The notes beneath the pieces are model-generated. The model saw nothing but the letters and a program-made list of their open reading frames with translations, had not been told where the DNA came from and did not search any database. 64,000 bases of DNA, from NCBI GenBank assembly GCA_964635715.1, contig CAZWNZ010000002.1, positions 10,100-74,099 of the forward strand. Direction: 5' to 3'. This document shows positions 28,362 through 37,420 of this stretch, one piece after another. Position 1 is the stretch's first letter, and each line of letters begins with the position of its first letter. The stretch is from an uncultured Gammaproteobacteria bacterium (GTDB taxonomy: Bacteria > Patescibacteriota > Microgenomatia > UBA8517). The position numbers were made by a program, and so were the translations under genes.

Positions 28362-29321
28362 ATGTCGGATAATTTTTGGATAAATATTTCAAAACCATTT
28401 ACTGCTCTGGCCCCAATGGATGACGTTACGGATAATGTTTTTAGACAGGTTCTACTTTCTACGTATAGGCCGGATGTGTTTTTCACTGAATTTTCTAACG
28501 TGGACGGATTGATACATGGAGCCAATGGAATTCCTCTAAGAAAGCTTGATTACACTCAGGATCAGCATCCTATCGTTGCCCAAATTTGGGGCAATATTCC
28601 TGATAATTTTGAAAAAGCGGCAAAAATAGTGGAAAAATTGGGTTTTGACGGAATAGATATCAATATGGGTTGCCCTGTTCGCGATGTTGTTAAAAAAGGC
28701 TGTGGATCCGGGCTAATCGGTAACTATGAATTAGTTAAGGATATTATCAAATCAACCAAAAAAGGATCAGGTGGACTTCCTGTCAGTGTAAAAACCAGGC
28801 TTGGTATTAATAAAAATATTGCTGATGAATGGATAAAATTTTTACTTGATCAAAATCTTGCCTGTTTAACAATCCACGGCCGTTTAGCAAAGCAGATGTC
28901 TCATGGAGATGCCGATTGGGCTGAAATTGGTAAAATTTGTTTACTGCGCAGAGAAATTGCTCCTAAAACATTAATTATCGGCAATGGTGATGTTAAAAAC
29001 TATCAGGAAGTGCTGAAAAAGTACAACGAATATGGAGTAGATGGGGTTATGATTGGCAGAGGTGTTTTTAATAATCCTTGGGTGTTTGACAAAAACGATG
29101 GTAAAAATCACACAAAACAAGAATATTTTAAACTATTGCTTTATCACATTGATTTGTTTGAAAAAACCTGGGGCAAAACTAAAAATTTTGCTGTATTAAA
29201 GAAGTTTTTTAAGATATATGTAAAGGATTTTAAGGGTGCTAATTCTATAAGAATAAAATTGATGCAGACAGAAAATGCTGACCAGGCAATAAAAATAATC
29301 AATAGTCAATCAATAATTTGA
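28362..29321 (+). CDS. dus: tRNA-dihydrouridine synthase
   Basis: LAPMDDVTDNVFRQV motif, an FMN-binding TIM barrel (GIDINMGCP), and a catalytic Cys region. Confidence 0.75.
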   Translation: MSDNFWINISKPFTALAPMDDVTDNVFRQVLLSTYRPDVFFTEFSNVDGLIHGANGIPLRKLDYTQDQHPIVAQIWGNIPDNFEKAAKIVEKLGFDGIDINMGCPVRDVVKKGCGSGLIGNYELVKDIIKSTKKGSGGLPVSVKTRLGINKNIADEWIKFLLDQNLACLTIHGRLAKQMSHGDADWAEIGKICLLRREIAPKTLIIGNGDVKNYQEVLKKYNEYGVDGVMIGRGVFNNPWVFDKNDGKNHTKQEYFKLLLYHIDLFEKTWGKTKNFAVLKKFFKIYVKDFKGANSIRIKLMQTENADQAIKIINSQSII

Positions 29322-29911
29322 CACAATCTTTTTCTCGTGCATATAATGTCCTAGTGAAAAATAAGAAAATTGTTTTGATTGGAGTATTAATGGTGGTTGC
29401 GGTGGTTTTGGTGGTGCTATTTTTATTGAAAAAGAATAACTCAACATCTTCCACATCCTCAAACATCACTTCAGATGAGGAGTCCACATTTGCCGGTTCA
29501 ATGAAGGATCTTATAGCTAGTGGAAAGTCACAAAAATGCTCTTACACTAATGAGAGTGGAAGTGGCATGTTTTACATTTCTTCTGTGGGAGATTTCAGAG
29601 GAGACTTAACATCTGCAATTGAGGGAGTAAGCACAAATAGCCACATAATAGTAACCGACAACACTTCATACTATTGGTCGGATGGTCAATCTACAGGCAT
29701 GAAAATAGTTAGTGAAGATAATCAGATTGTAGAAACTGAAGATATCGACACAAATAGTTATTCTGTTACAGATATGGATAGTAGCTATACATATAAATGT
29801 AATGTTTGGATATTGGACTCTTCCAAATTTAACTTACCCGATGACGTTGATTTTCAATCGATTGATGAAATGATGGGTTCCTACGGCATAGAAATTCCTT
29901 CTTCAGAATAG
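29318..29911 (+). CDS. Hypothetical membrane-anchored Ser/Thr-rich protein
   Basis: N-terminal TM helix (IVLIGVLMVVAVVLVVLFLL), then an STSSTSSNITS linker and an acidic C-terminal domain. ATGA coupling with dus. Confidence 0.4.
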   Translation: MTQSFSRAYNVLVKNKKIVLIGVLMVVAVVLVVLFLLKKNNSTSSTSSNITSDEESTFAGSMKDLIASGKSQKCSYTNESGSGMFYISSVGDFRGDLTSAIEGVSTNSHIIVTDNTSYYWSDGQSTGMKIVSEDNQIVETEDIDTNSYSVTDMDSSYTYKCNVWILDSSKFNLPDDVDFQSIDEMMGSYGIEIPSSE

Positions 29912-29995
29912 GTTTTGAATTACCCGCACACTTCAGATATAATTGCAATGTAGTTTACGGACACTTACATCGCTTTGGATGAAGCGGTAGTATAC

Positions 29996-30069
29996 GGACG
30001 CTTAGCTCAGTTGGTTAGAGCGCATTCTTGACGTGAATGAGGTCAGGGGTTCGAGTCCCTTAGCGTCCA
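29996..30069 (+). tRNA. tRNA-Val (anticodon GAC)
   Basis: GGACGCT-TA-GCTC-AGTTGGTTA-GAGC-G-CATTC-TTGACGT-GAATG-AGGTC-AGGGG-TTCGAGT-CCCTT-AGCGTCC-A. Perfect acceptor stem. Confidence 0.85.
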
Positions 30070-30134
30070 CTCGCTTCGCTCGTTTCCGCTTCGGTTCTCG
30101 ATAGTGCTAGATAGGGAATTGGTGTTGTGCACAC

Positions 30135-30152
30135 GAGTTCCTTAGCGTCCAC
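30135..30152 (+). repeat. Partial copy of the tRNA-Val(GAC) 3' end
   Basis: GAGTTCCTTAGCGTCCAC versus the tRNA 3' end GAGTCCCTTAGCGTCCAC (17/18), 83 bp downstream. A 5'-end-like copy (TACGGACACTTA) lies at ~29958-29969. Confidence 0.6.
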
Positions 30153-30220
30153 ACATTCGACTCGTTTCTCTCGCTCAGTGCAAGCTTACAATAAGCCAAT
30201 TATTTAGTTATGATGAAAGT

Positions 30221-30850
30221 TTACCCAGCAGATCTTTGTGAATAACTTTCGGGATTAAGAAGAAAACTTGTACCCTTTTTGTGATATTGAGCCCAATAAT
30301 TTTTCTTTTCGGCCCTTTTGTTAGTGCTTTGAAGCCATGTGGCTGCCAAGTCAATCCTCTGTCTGAATGACTGTAAAAACTCCAAAAGATTGGTAAAAAA
30401 GTTTATATGGTAAATTCCGGGTTCAACCGGAGCGGAAACTGCTGCAGCTTTTGCCGCCTCGGCCAGTCCTTGTGTACCCTCAGCAACTTTTTGAATTTCC
30501 TGCATTATAGCCTGCAACTGTACTTTAAGCTCAGAGCTTTTTTCCTGAAAGACACGCTTTTCTTCATTAACCAAGTGCTTTTCCATAGAAATTTGCTTTT
30601 TCTCAGCTTGAACTTTTTCTTCTCTACCACTTAAAACATCGCTCATTTGCAATGTTTGTCCCTGATTCAACTCACCCGATCTTCTAGTGTTGGGCAAACC
30701 CAATCCTAAAAGTTCACGGAAAAAATCGTCAGAAGTATTTTTAAGAAGATCTCTTGTTTGAACTGAAGCACTTGTTCCTAAATCTTTAAGAGATTCAAGA
30801 ACATTTTGGCGGGTGATGTTGTTTTGATTTTTCTTTTTATTATCTGCCAT
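30221..30850 (-). CDS. Hypothetical coiled-coil protein
   Basis: 209 aa with a Lys-rich N-terminus and a central heptad-rich region (EKKQISMEKHLVNEEKRVFQEKSSELKVQLQAIMQEIQK). No recognisable catalytic motif. Confidence 0.4.
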   Translation of the reverse strand: MADNKKKNQNNITRQNVLESLKDLGTSASVQTRDLLKNTSDDFFRELLGLGLPNTRRSGELNQGQTLQMSDVLSGREEKVQAEKKQISMEKHLVNEEKRVFQEKSSELKVQLQAIMQEIQKVAEGTQGLAEAAKAAAVSAPVEPGIYHINFFTNLLEFLQSFRQRIDLAATWLQSTNKRAEKKNYWAQYHKKGTSFLLNPESYSQRSAG

Positions 30851-30861
30851 TTGGCCAGAGT

Positions 30862-31764
30862 CTAAATCAAATTAATAAGAAAATCCAGTGCAGCCCTGCG
30901 CCTCAAAATTGATTCTGTTAATCTTTTTCTGCTTTCAATCTCATCACCATCGACACTTTTGCCATTTTTGTTTATTTGTGACATAGCCAAAGCAGCTTCG
31001 ACTTCTTTTTCATCTATTTTTATGTTTTCCGTTTTGGCAACTTCGCTAAGTATTAAATCGAGAGAAATGGCATCTTTTGCCTGTTTTGCATAATCTGCAC
31101 GAAGATCTTCTGCTTTTTTACCAATTGAAGCTAAATATCCTTCTAAGGCCAAACCCAGTTTTTCAAGGCGTTCCAAAAGAGCTGAAAGGCGACTATCCGC
31201 CTCTTCCTCAATCAGTATTTGAGGTATATTTATTTTAACGTTATCGAGAATTGTTTTTAAAACCACTTGTTCCTTTTCTTCATGAGTCGGTTCTTTCTTT
31301 TCATCCGGTTTGCCCTTGTCGGGAGTCCAAAGATTGGATGCATTAGAAGCTCCAACTATTTCCTTTTTGTAGTCACCAAGATCAACTTTAGGTAACTCAC
31401 AAGTTATAGCTCTTATTTGCCAGGCTTCACCCTCTTTGGCATTAACCAATTCAAATTTTGGGTATATTGCAATTTGAAGTTTGTTTTCAGTTATGGCGGT
31501 AGCTAAAGCCTCTGGCAGCAAGTGACTTAGGGAATGTTCGATAAGTGTGTTTTGAGGAATTTTAGCCTCAACTTTATCCAAAGGAGCCATTCCCTTTCTG
31601 AATCCCGGAATCTCCACATCTTTAGCAAATTCCTTTATTACACTAGCTTGAGCATTTTTGATTTCGGCAAATGGAATAGTAAAAGTAATCTGAATATTGC
31701 CATTATCTTCGCGCGCAACCACCGATGTTATTTTGTCCCCTGAAAGGTTTTTTTGATCAGCCAT
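30862..31764 (-). CDS. tig: Trigger factor-like chaperone (short form)
   Basis: N-terminal ribosome-binding domain with EIPGFRKGMAPL (GFRxGxxP signature). About 300 aa, apparently lacking a full PPIase domain. Start is at MADQKN (31764); the ORF track gives 31785. Confidence 0.65.
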   Translation of the reverse strand: MADQKNLSGDKITSVVAREDNGNIQITFTIPFAEIKNAQASVIKEFAKDVEIPGFRKGMAPLDKVEAKIPQNTLIEHSLSHLLPEALATAITENKLQIAIYPKFELVNAKEGEAWQIRAITCELPKVDLGDYKKEIVGASNASNLWTPDKGKPDEKKEPTHEEKEQVVLKTILDNVKINIPQILIEEEADSRLSALLERLEKLGLALEGYLASIGKKAEDLRADYAKQAKDAISLDLILSEVAKTENIKIDEKEVEAALAMSQINKNGKSVDGDEIESRKRLTESILRRRAALDFLINLI

Positions 31765-31789
31765 GAAGGTATTATACTTCAGCAAGTAA

Positions 31790-31818
31790 ATTCTAGCTAC
31801 TAGTAACTAGCTACTTGC
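31790..31818. repeat. TAG-rich stop-codon repeat motif (tagctac-tagtaac-tagctac)
   Basis: Intergenic between tig and a small ORF. It shares AGTAACTAG/CTAGCTAC words with 21845-21900 and 32367-32425. Confidence 0.45.
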
Positions 31819-32029
31819 CCCCAGAAGGCCCGCCTTTGTGTTGGGTGTGGAAAGTAGCCTGATTAAATTTTGCTCCAGGTGAGCCTTTGGGTACAAATCC
31901 CTTATTTCCTGAAAACATAGATTGTTTTTTGAAGCCAAAACCCATTGACGGCAATTTATTTTTTTGTGTTTTATCGTTGTTATTTGTCATTTGTACATAA
32001 ATATTATATACTATACACAGAGTTTTCAA
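31811..32029 (-). CDS. Hypothetical small Gly/Lys-rich protein
   Basis: 72-aa ORF (...MGFGFKKQSMFSGNKGFVPKGSPGAKFNQATFHTQHKGGPSGGK), low complexity. May be spurious. Confidence 0.2.
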   Translation of the reverse strand: MKTLCIVYNIYVQMTNNNDKTQKNKLPSMGFGFKKQSMFSGNKGFVPKGSPGAKFNQATFHTQHKGGPSGGK

Positions 32030-32105
32030 GGGAGAGATGCTTCGATTTTTAAGCCTCAGCCTTTGTTCAGACTTCGATTAAAAGGAGGTGAAAATTTAAA
32101 TAAAA

Positions 32106-32366
32106 ATGCAATCCAAGCTATTTGTTGGTAATTTAGCGTGGGAAGTAACCGCAGAAGATCTTAAAGCCCTTTTTGCAGAAGCAGGAACTGTTGCTGATGC
32201 CGCTGTCATTTCTGATAGAATGACTGGCAGAAGCAGAGGTTTTGGTTTTGTAACTATGGGTAGTGATGCTGAAGCGCAGGCAGCTGTTGAGAAATTTAAT
32301 CAATACGAGCTTAAAGGCCGCAAGATTAATGTCAATATTGCCAGACCCATGGAACCAAGACAGTAA
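32106..32366 (+). CDS. RRM-type RNA-binding protein
   Basis: RNP2 KLFVGNL and RNP1 RGFGFVTM motifs. 86 aa. Confidence 0.8.
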   Translation: MQSKLFVGNLAWEVTAEDLKALFAEAGTVADAAVISDRMTGRSRGFGFVTMGSDAEAQAAVEKFNQYELKGRKINVNIARPMEPRQ

Positions 32367-32425
32367 CTAGTAGCTTGTAGCTAGTAGTTAGTAGATAGGT
32401 TCGGAAGATAGTTAGTAGTAGGTTC
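32367..32425. repeat. TAG-rich stop-codon repeat motif downstream of the RRM gene
   Basis: ctagtagcttgtagctagtagttagtagataggttcggaagatagttagtagtagg. A GCCGCAAGGCGG hairpin follows at ~32453-32464. Confidence 0.45.
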
Positions 32426-32494
32426 GATAAAGGGACTTAGTACGTACGAATAAGCCGCAAGGCGGATTTTGAAAGAGTTAGCTATCTTTTTAAC

Positions 32495-33550
32495 TCAATG
32501 GATATTCTTTCTGAAGAACTCCAAATTGTTTTCTACGACCATATCCCAATTTGGTCTCATGTTGTGATCCGTCCCTGAATATTTCATATAGACTGCTGAG
32601 ACCGTCGCCTCTTCAAGTTTTTTATTTAAATTATCGCTGTGCCAGTATGGTACTGCAGTATCGATAGTTCCCTGGTTTAGTTGGATTGGTGCTTTAATAA
32701 AACTTAAATAGTTCGTGAGCGAAAATTTTTCAGCATCATATGTATTTTCAAAATCTGCCGTTTCTTCTATCAGAAATTTTCCCCCATCTTCAGCCTCGTC
32801 AATATAATAAAGAATAGATGCGGGGAATCTCATTGAAACAGGTGCCCAAAGAACTGTCGGGTAGTTTACACCTGTAATTTCAAGTGTAGTTAAGGCAACC
32901 TGTCCTCCATTACTATGTCCCCAAATAAATATATTTTTACTATCCCACTTTTCTAATGAATTAACTGATTTCAGTGTGACTGCAGCAGTTACCCATGTTT
33001 GGAATCGTGACTCGAATATGTCAGTAGCTTCTTTATCGCTTTCTCCATATCCCATAAAGTCAGGCGCCACTGTTATGTAGCCATTTTGGGCAAACACTTT
33101 CGCCGATGGTTGAGTGCCCGCACCCATCACGTAAGTCTCCTGACTGACAAAACCTCTAAACATCACGACAACCGGAAACGTCCCGTTGCTTTTTGGAATA
33201 TTGATTACTCCGGAAACGGTTTTTAGGTTTCCCGAAAGGTCGGGGCTAAACTGCATGGAGTATTTGTATGTCGAATAGTCGTCAGTTTCCGAGATCAAAT
33301 CCCCTATTTCAATTTTATTTTCAGGAAAATTTACTTTAGAGAGATTCTCTATGGAGTATTTGTAAAGCGGGGTAGGTTTAATTTGCGAGACCACCTCAGT
33401 AACTTTATTTGTTTCCTTGGGAAGAGTGTAAAGAATCCTTCCAAACCAGCCGATGGAGATAAAAACAGTAGTTAGTATCAAGTAGTAAGTAGCTTGTTTA
33501 AATTTGTGCATGTTTAATTTTAACATGTGTTGTCCCATACAATTTATCAT
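32495..33550 (-). CDS. Secreted alpha/beta-hydrolase (S9/dienelactone-hydrolase-like)
   Basis: N-terminal TM/signal anchor and a GHSNGG nucleophile elbow (G-x-S-x-G). Confidence 0.5.
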   Translation of the reverse strand: MINCMGQHMLKLNMHKFKQATYYLILTTVFISIGWFGRILYTLPKETNKVTEVVSQIKPTPLYKYSIENLSKVNFPENKIEIGDLISETDDYSTYKYSMQFSPDLSGNLKTVSGVINIPKSNGTFPVVVMFRGFVSQETYVMGAGTQPSAKVFAQNGYITVAPDFMGYGESDKEATDIFESRFQTWVTAAVTLKSVNSLEKWDSKNIFIWGHSNGGQVALTTLEITGVNYPTVLWAPVSMRFPASILYYIDEAEDGGKFLIEETADFENTYDAEKFSLTNYLSFIKAPIQLNQGTIDTAVPYWHSDNLNKKLEEATVSAVYMKYSGTDHNMRPNWDMVVENNLEFFRKNIH

Positions 33551-33660
33551 TCGCCTTTTACAGAACTATCCGTTCACGGCTCGTGCTACATTTTGTACGG
33601 GACTGCGCATTATTGATATAGTTTTTGGTGCTTGATTCGTATTTTCTTCGGGTTGATAAT

Positions 33661-33673
33661 AGTACAAAGTACT
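33661..33673 (+). promoter_or_regulatory. Candidate SOS operator (AGTAC-N3-GTACT palindrome)
   Basis: tAGTACaaaGTACTtggtac lies 17 nt upstream of the small ORF preceding the Y-family polymerase gene. It matches the cyanobacterial-type LexA box RGTAC-N3-DGTWCB. Confidence 0.3.
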
Positions 33674-33689
33674 TGGTACATAGAAAAAG

Positions 33690-33917
33690 ATGAAAATTGA
33701 TGAAAAAGTTGAGGTTGGGTTTAATGGTTATCCCAGATGGGTAAAATGGAAAAATAAGGTATACAAAGTTGAAAAACTAGGGCTCCACCACACTTATCAT
33801 GAGGGAAAAATCCTTTATCACGTCTTTTCAGTAGCCACAAAAACTCTTTTTATGAGATTGATTTTAGATACTGATATTTTAAGTTGGAAATTAACTGATA
33901 TTGAAAATGGAATTTAA
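33690..33917 (+). CDS. Hypothetical 75-aa protein translationally coupled to the Y-family polymerase gene
   Basis: MKIDEKVEVGFNGYPRWVKWKNKVYKVEKLGLHHTYHEGKILYHVFSV... overlaps the polymerase gene start by ~10-17 nt. Confidence 0.4.
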   Translation: MKIDEKVEVGFNGYPRWVKWKNKVYKVEKLGLHHTYHEGKILYHVFSVATKTLFMRLILDTDILSWKLTDIENGI

Positions 33918-35151
33918 TTCTGCCCCGAGCAATTGCCTGCATTTAGACCTAAATTCCTGCTTTGCTTCCATCGAACAGCAGGCCAATCCCTTTCTGCGTG
34001 GCAAACCTTTGGTTGTTGCGGCTTTTAATTCATATAAAGGTTGTATTTTGGCTTCATCAATCGAGGCAAAGCGCTTGGGTATAAAAACCGGTATGTGGGT
34101 TGGTGAAGCTCAAAAAATCTATCCCAAGCTCAAAGTTCTCACCCCTGATCCTTGGAAATACAGAAATGTCCATTTAAAGTTAAGGAAACTTATTTCAGAA
34201 TACACAAACGATTTTTCTCCCAAATCAATTGATGAATTTGTACTCAATCTGGAAAACTACAATGCACTGTCAGCAGGTAGCATGCAGCAAGTAGCAAGGG
34301 AAATAAAAGATAGGATAAAAAGTGAAATTGGGGAATGGCTCACTGTTTCTATCGGCATTGCCCCTAACAGATATTTGGCGAAAATCGGTGCGGGGTTACA
34401 TAAGCCTGATGGTCTAGATGAAATAAATAAAGATAATTTCAAAGAAATCTATTCAAAACTAAAGTTGACAGATTTAACAGGTATAAAAGAGCGAAACGCT
34501 GCACGACTGGCTTCTTTGGGCATTTATTCAGTCTTAGACTTTTATGAAGCTCCGATTTGGAGGCTAAAAGCTGCATTTCATTCAATTGCAGGACTTTATT
34601 GGCATATGAGACTTTCCGGTTATGAAATCGACAATTTTGAAAGCCGGAGGAGCAGTTTTGGCAATTCGGTAGCAATAGGCAAAAATATAGCAAATATTGA
34701 AGAACTTTCCCCCATCCTTGCTAGGCTTACGGAGAAGACCTGTAGCAGGTTGAGAAGCGCCGGTTTTACAGCCGGTGGAATTCACTTAACGTTGGTTTAT
34801 AAAGATGGCTCATTTTGGCATAAGGGAAGGCGACTTTCTGAAAACAGATTTGACACACGTGATATTTATAAAGCTGCTTATAGACTGTTAATCGAAGCCA
34901 AACCTCAAACTCCGGTACTTAATATTGCGATTTCTTGTTTTGATTTGAGTACTGGTAGCAAGCTTCAGTTGGGACTTTTTGAGAATGAAGCCAAAAAAGA
35001 AAAATTGGTCAAGTCTGAAGATTTAATTAATCGCCGTTATGGAGATTTTACTGTGGCTTCAGCCAAAAGTTTTGGTGGAGCAAAGATTGTTCTTGATAGA
35101 ATTGCTTTTGGTGGAGTGAGAGAGTTGGAAGAATTCAGTTTAAATTCCTGA
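33907..35151 (+). CDS. dinB: Y-family DNA polymerase (DinB/Pol IV-like)
   Basis: LHLDLNSCFASIEQ (D-x-D/N-CFFA-like catalytic motif), then SIEAKRLGIKTGM and little-finger domains. About 415 aa. Confidence 0.8.
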   Translation: MEFNSAPSNCLHLDLNSCFASIEQQANPFLRGKPLVVAAFNSYKGCILASSIEAKRLGIKTGMWVGEAQKIYPKLKVLTPDPWKYRNVHLKLRKLISEYTNDFSPKSIDEFVLNLENYNALSAGSMQQVAREIKDRIKSEIGEWLTVSIGIAPNRYLAKIGAGLHKPDGLDEINKDNFKEIYSKLKLTDLTGIKERNAARLASLGIYSVLDFYEAPIWRLKAAFHSIAGLYWHMRLSGYEIDNFESRRSSFGNSVAIGKNIANIEELSPILARLTEKTCSRLRSAGFTAGGIHLTLVYKDGSFWHKGRRLSENRFDTRDIYKAAYRLLIEAKPQTPVLNIAISCFDLSTGSKLQLGLFENEAKKEKLVKSEDLINRRYGDFTVASAKSFGGAKIVLDRIAFGGVRELEEFSLNS

Positions 35152-35637
35152 AACAGTAACAGAATCCCCAACTTTTATAGAATTAGAATCAGAAAAACCT
35201 GCATTAACTTCCAAAACAAAATCAACTGGTTTACCGGCAGAGTATGTCTTTAAATTTTTATCGGATGCGTTTTCAGCCGGAACTGCGACGTTTTTATCGA
35301 TTCTTACAATTTTATTATTGTCAATCCAAATAATATCGATAGGAATTAGCATTCCTTTCATCCAAAACACGGGGGTGTCGGTTTCGTCGTAAAAAACAAA
35401 AAGCATTCCGTTATTCTCACCAAGAGAAGATCTTTCCGAAAGGCCTCCGGCTCTTTCTTCTTTAGTTTTTGCAAGTTCTACATTGATATTCTTATCGTTA
35501 ATGGTTACAACTGTTCCTGCTGCTGTGGGTTCTTCAGTTGGGATTGGTTTAAAAGTAGAACCTTTTTTAATAAACATCCCTACGGCTGCAATAAAAACTG
35601 CTGTTGCAACAAGAGAAATAATTATCTTTTTTGTCAT
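35140..35637 (-). CDS. DUF192-domain secreted protein
   Basis: GMLFVF...PVFWMKGMLIPIDIIWID...VDFVLEVNAG matches the DUF192 (COG1430) signature. N-terminal TM anchor. Confidence 0.6.
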   Translation of the reverse strand: MTKKIIISLVATAVFIAAVGMFIKKGSTFKPIPTEEPTAAGTVVTINDKNINVELAKTKEERAGGLSERSSLGENNGMLFVFYDETDTPVFWMKGMLIPIDIIWIDNNKIVRIDKNVAVPAENASDKNLKTYSAGKPVDFVLEVNAGFSDSNSIKVGDSVTVSGI

Positions 35638-35782
35638 TGTTGAAGTTTAACAATAATAATAAAAGTAAGCAAAAATATAAAAATTGGAATTGTCATGAAT
35701 ATAATATTTTTAACAGAAGTTTTGTGGTTTTTATGTATATGAAGCTTTTCTAGGTCCATAAGCTTATATTAGCACAAATAGG

Positions 35783-35864
35783 TGCCCTCGAGAGGATTTG
35801 AACCTCTAATCCGTAAGGAATACGCTCCTAAAGCGTACGCGTATGCCAATTCCGCCACGAGGGC
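35783..35864 (-). tRNA. tRNA-Leu (anticodon TAG)
   Basis: GCCCTCG-TG-GCG-GAATTGGCATA-CGC-G-TACGC-TTTAGGA-GCGTA, a long variable arm, then AGAGG-TTCAAAT-CCTCT-CGAGGGC-A. Confidence 0.8.
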
Positions 35865-35878
35865 TAGTGGAAGTTAGA

Positions 35879-36400
35879 TTATATATCAAAATCCAAAGGT
35901 AGTGTGTCGATTTTATTGACAAAGAAAGACACGTTTTTTCCCCAGGTTTTTGATGGAGGAGCATAAACACGGGCTATTTCAGAAATAGAATCTACTCCCC
36001 TGTCAAAATACTTTGTTTTAAGCACGCTTGAGACATGAGAAATAGAGTTTTCCCAGGATGTAAAAGTATATTCTCCATTTGACCATCCATAGGCATTATA
36101 TGAATCATTAGGAATGTGTTTTCCGAATGTTGATTCCACACCTGCAATAGCAGGAATAAGTCTGTAATCGAGGTTGTTGTCATCCGCATAGGTAACAAAC
36201 TCTTCAGCATACTCGGCCAAAGGCGAGTTGTATTTTAATAAAAATTTTCTCAAATTTTCCACACGATAGTCAAAGCTTTCATTGTCATTTAAAGTATTTA
36301 ATACTGCTGATTGCTCGGCAATGGTTTGTGCACGCAAATCTTTCGCGCATGAAAAAACAAGCACGATAACAAATAGTAATGTAAGAATAATTTTTCTCAT
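35879..36400 (-). CDS. Secreted lysozyme-like / lytic-transglycosylase-like protein (paralog 1)
   Basis: Signal/TM N-terminus (MRKIILTLLFVIVLVF) and an RLIPAIAGVESTFGK...NAYGW motif (catalytic Glu-Ser as in SLT/GH23-like folds). Paralogous to 36569-37204. Confidence 0.45.
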   Translation of the reverse strand: MRKIILTLLFVIVLVFSCAKDLRAQTIAEQSAVLNTLNDNESFDYRVENLRKFLLKYNSPLAEYAEEFVTYADDNNLDYRLIPAIAGVESTFGKHIPNDSYNAYGWSNGEYTFTSWENSISHVSSVLKTKYFDRGVDSISEIARVYAPPSKTWGKNVSFFVNKIDTLPLDFDI

Positions 36401-36414
36401 AGTTATTTTATTTA

Positions 36415-36449
36415 GTAAAAAAGAAGGGGGATACCTTTCGGTACCCCCC
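36415..36449 (-). terminator. Hairpin plus U-run between the two lysozyme-like paralogs
   Basis: Minus strand GGGGGGTACCGAAAGGTATCCCCC followed by TTCTTTTTT. A TTGACA-N17-TATAGT promoter-like element lies upstream on the minus strand at ~36500-36530. Confidence 0.4.
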
Positions 36450-36568
36450 AAATATAATCCCAACGCCGAGATCATGTTTCCATGCCTAAGCCTCGGAATG
36501 TGTAAGTACTATAGCATAGTACTACAGGATTGTCAAGCTTATAGATAGATAATCTATAGTTAATGAAG

Positions 36569-37204
36569 TTATTGCATATCTTGCATAAAAGCACTTACGC
36601 CGTTGGCCCAGGAACCATTGCTCAAAGGAGTGTATTTGGACATAATTTCTTCAATAGTTGAATAACCTTTATTTAAATATTCTTCTCTTAGACCGTAACT
36701 AACGGTTTCTATGCCTTCACTAAATGACTCAAAACCAAGGGTTCCTTTGCTGTGTATTCCCCACCCCCAACAATTATACGAATCTACAGGAATAATCTTA
36801 CACAAGTTACTTTCTTGCTGAGCAATAGCTGTTACAAGACGAAAATCAATTGAATACTTGTCAGCAGTTTCGACAATAAATTCAGCATAAGGTACAAGTG
36901 GTGAGTTGTATCTTTCCAGATACTGCTTGACTATTTGAGGTCTGGCATCCGCCGATTCGATTGAAGAAGACACACTTGGAATATTAGAAGGAAGTGAGGC
37001 GTAAACACTGATTCCTGATTTGGGTGAAACTACAAGATTTGTTGTATTAAATTTCTTCTCCAAGACATCGTTTTTCTCCAAAGAAAAAAGCGAAAAAAGA
37101 CTAACACCTATGGTTAACGGAGTAATTGCAAAAAAAACTGCTATAAGAACAATGTTTTTCCAAAAACCAAAATCTTCTTGCCCAATTTGTGAGTACCCTT
37201 TCAT
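36569..37204 (-). CDS. Secreted lysozyme-like / lytic-transglycosylase-like protein (paralog 2)
   Basis: N-terminal TM, then NSPLVPYAEFIVETADKYSIDFRLVTAIAQQESNLCK...NCWGWGI, which parallels paralog 1 (AIAQQES motif). Confidence 0.45.
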   Translation of the reverse strand: MKGYSQIGQEDFGFWKNIVLIAVFFAITPLTIGVSLFSLFSLEKNDVLEKKFNTTNLVVSPKSGISVYASLPSNIPSVSSSIESADARPQIVKQYLERYNSPLVPYAEFIVETADKYSIDFRLVTAIAQQESNLCKIIPVDSYNCWGWGIHSKGTLGFESFSEGIETVSYGLREEYLNKGYSTIEEIMSKYTPLSNGSWANGVSAFMQDMQ

Positions 37205-37284
37205 CTAATCAGGATGACACGAAATAGGAGACGAAGTCAAGTTTGTGAGCCATTGTCAAACCCGATCCGGTGCAAACGCAAGTG

Positions 37285-37356
37285 AGCGGCGGAGCGGATT
37301 TGAACCGCCGACCTTCTCCTTGGCAAGGAGACATTCTACCACTGAACTACCGCCGC
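37285..37356 (-). tRNA. tRNA-Gly (anticodon GCC)
   Basis: GCGGCGG-TA-GTTC-AGTGGTA-GAAT-G-TCTCC-TTGCCAA-GGAGA-AGGTC-GGCGG-TTCAAAT-CCGCT-CCGCCGC-T. Perfect acceptor stem and U73. Confidence 0.85.
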
Positions 37357-37398
37357 AAGCATTTATGCGAGCAAAGTCTTTCGGTGGCCAAGCTTTGC

Positions 37399-37420
37399 TT
37401 ACCACTGAACTACCGCCGCA
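37399..37420 (-). repeat. Partial copy of the tRNA-Gly(GCC) 5' end (22 nt)
   Basis: Minus strand TGCGGCGGTAGTTCAGTGGTAA sits 43 nt upstream of the intact tRNA, followed by an unrelated GCAAAG...CTTTGC hairpin. No T-arm follows. Confidence 0.6.
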
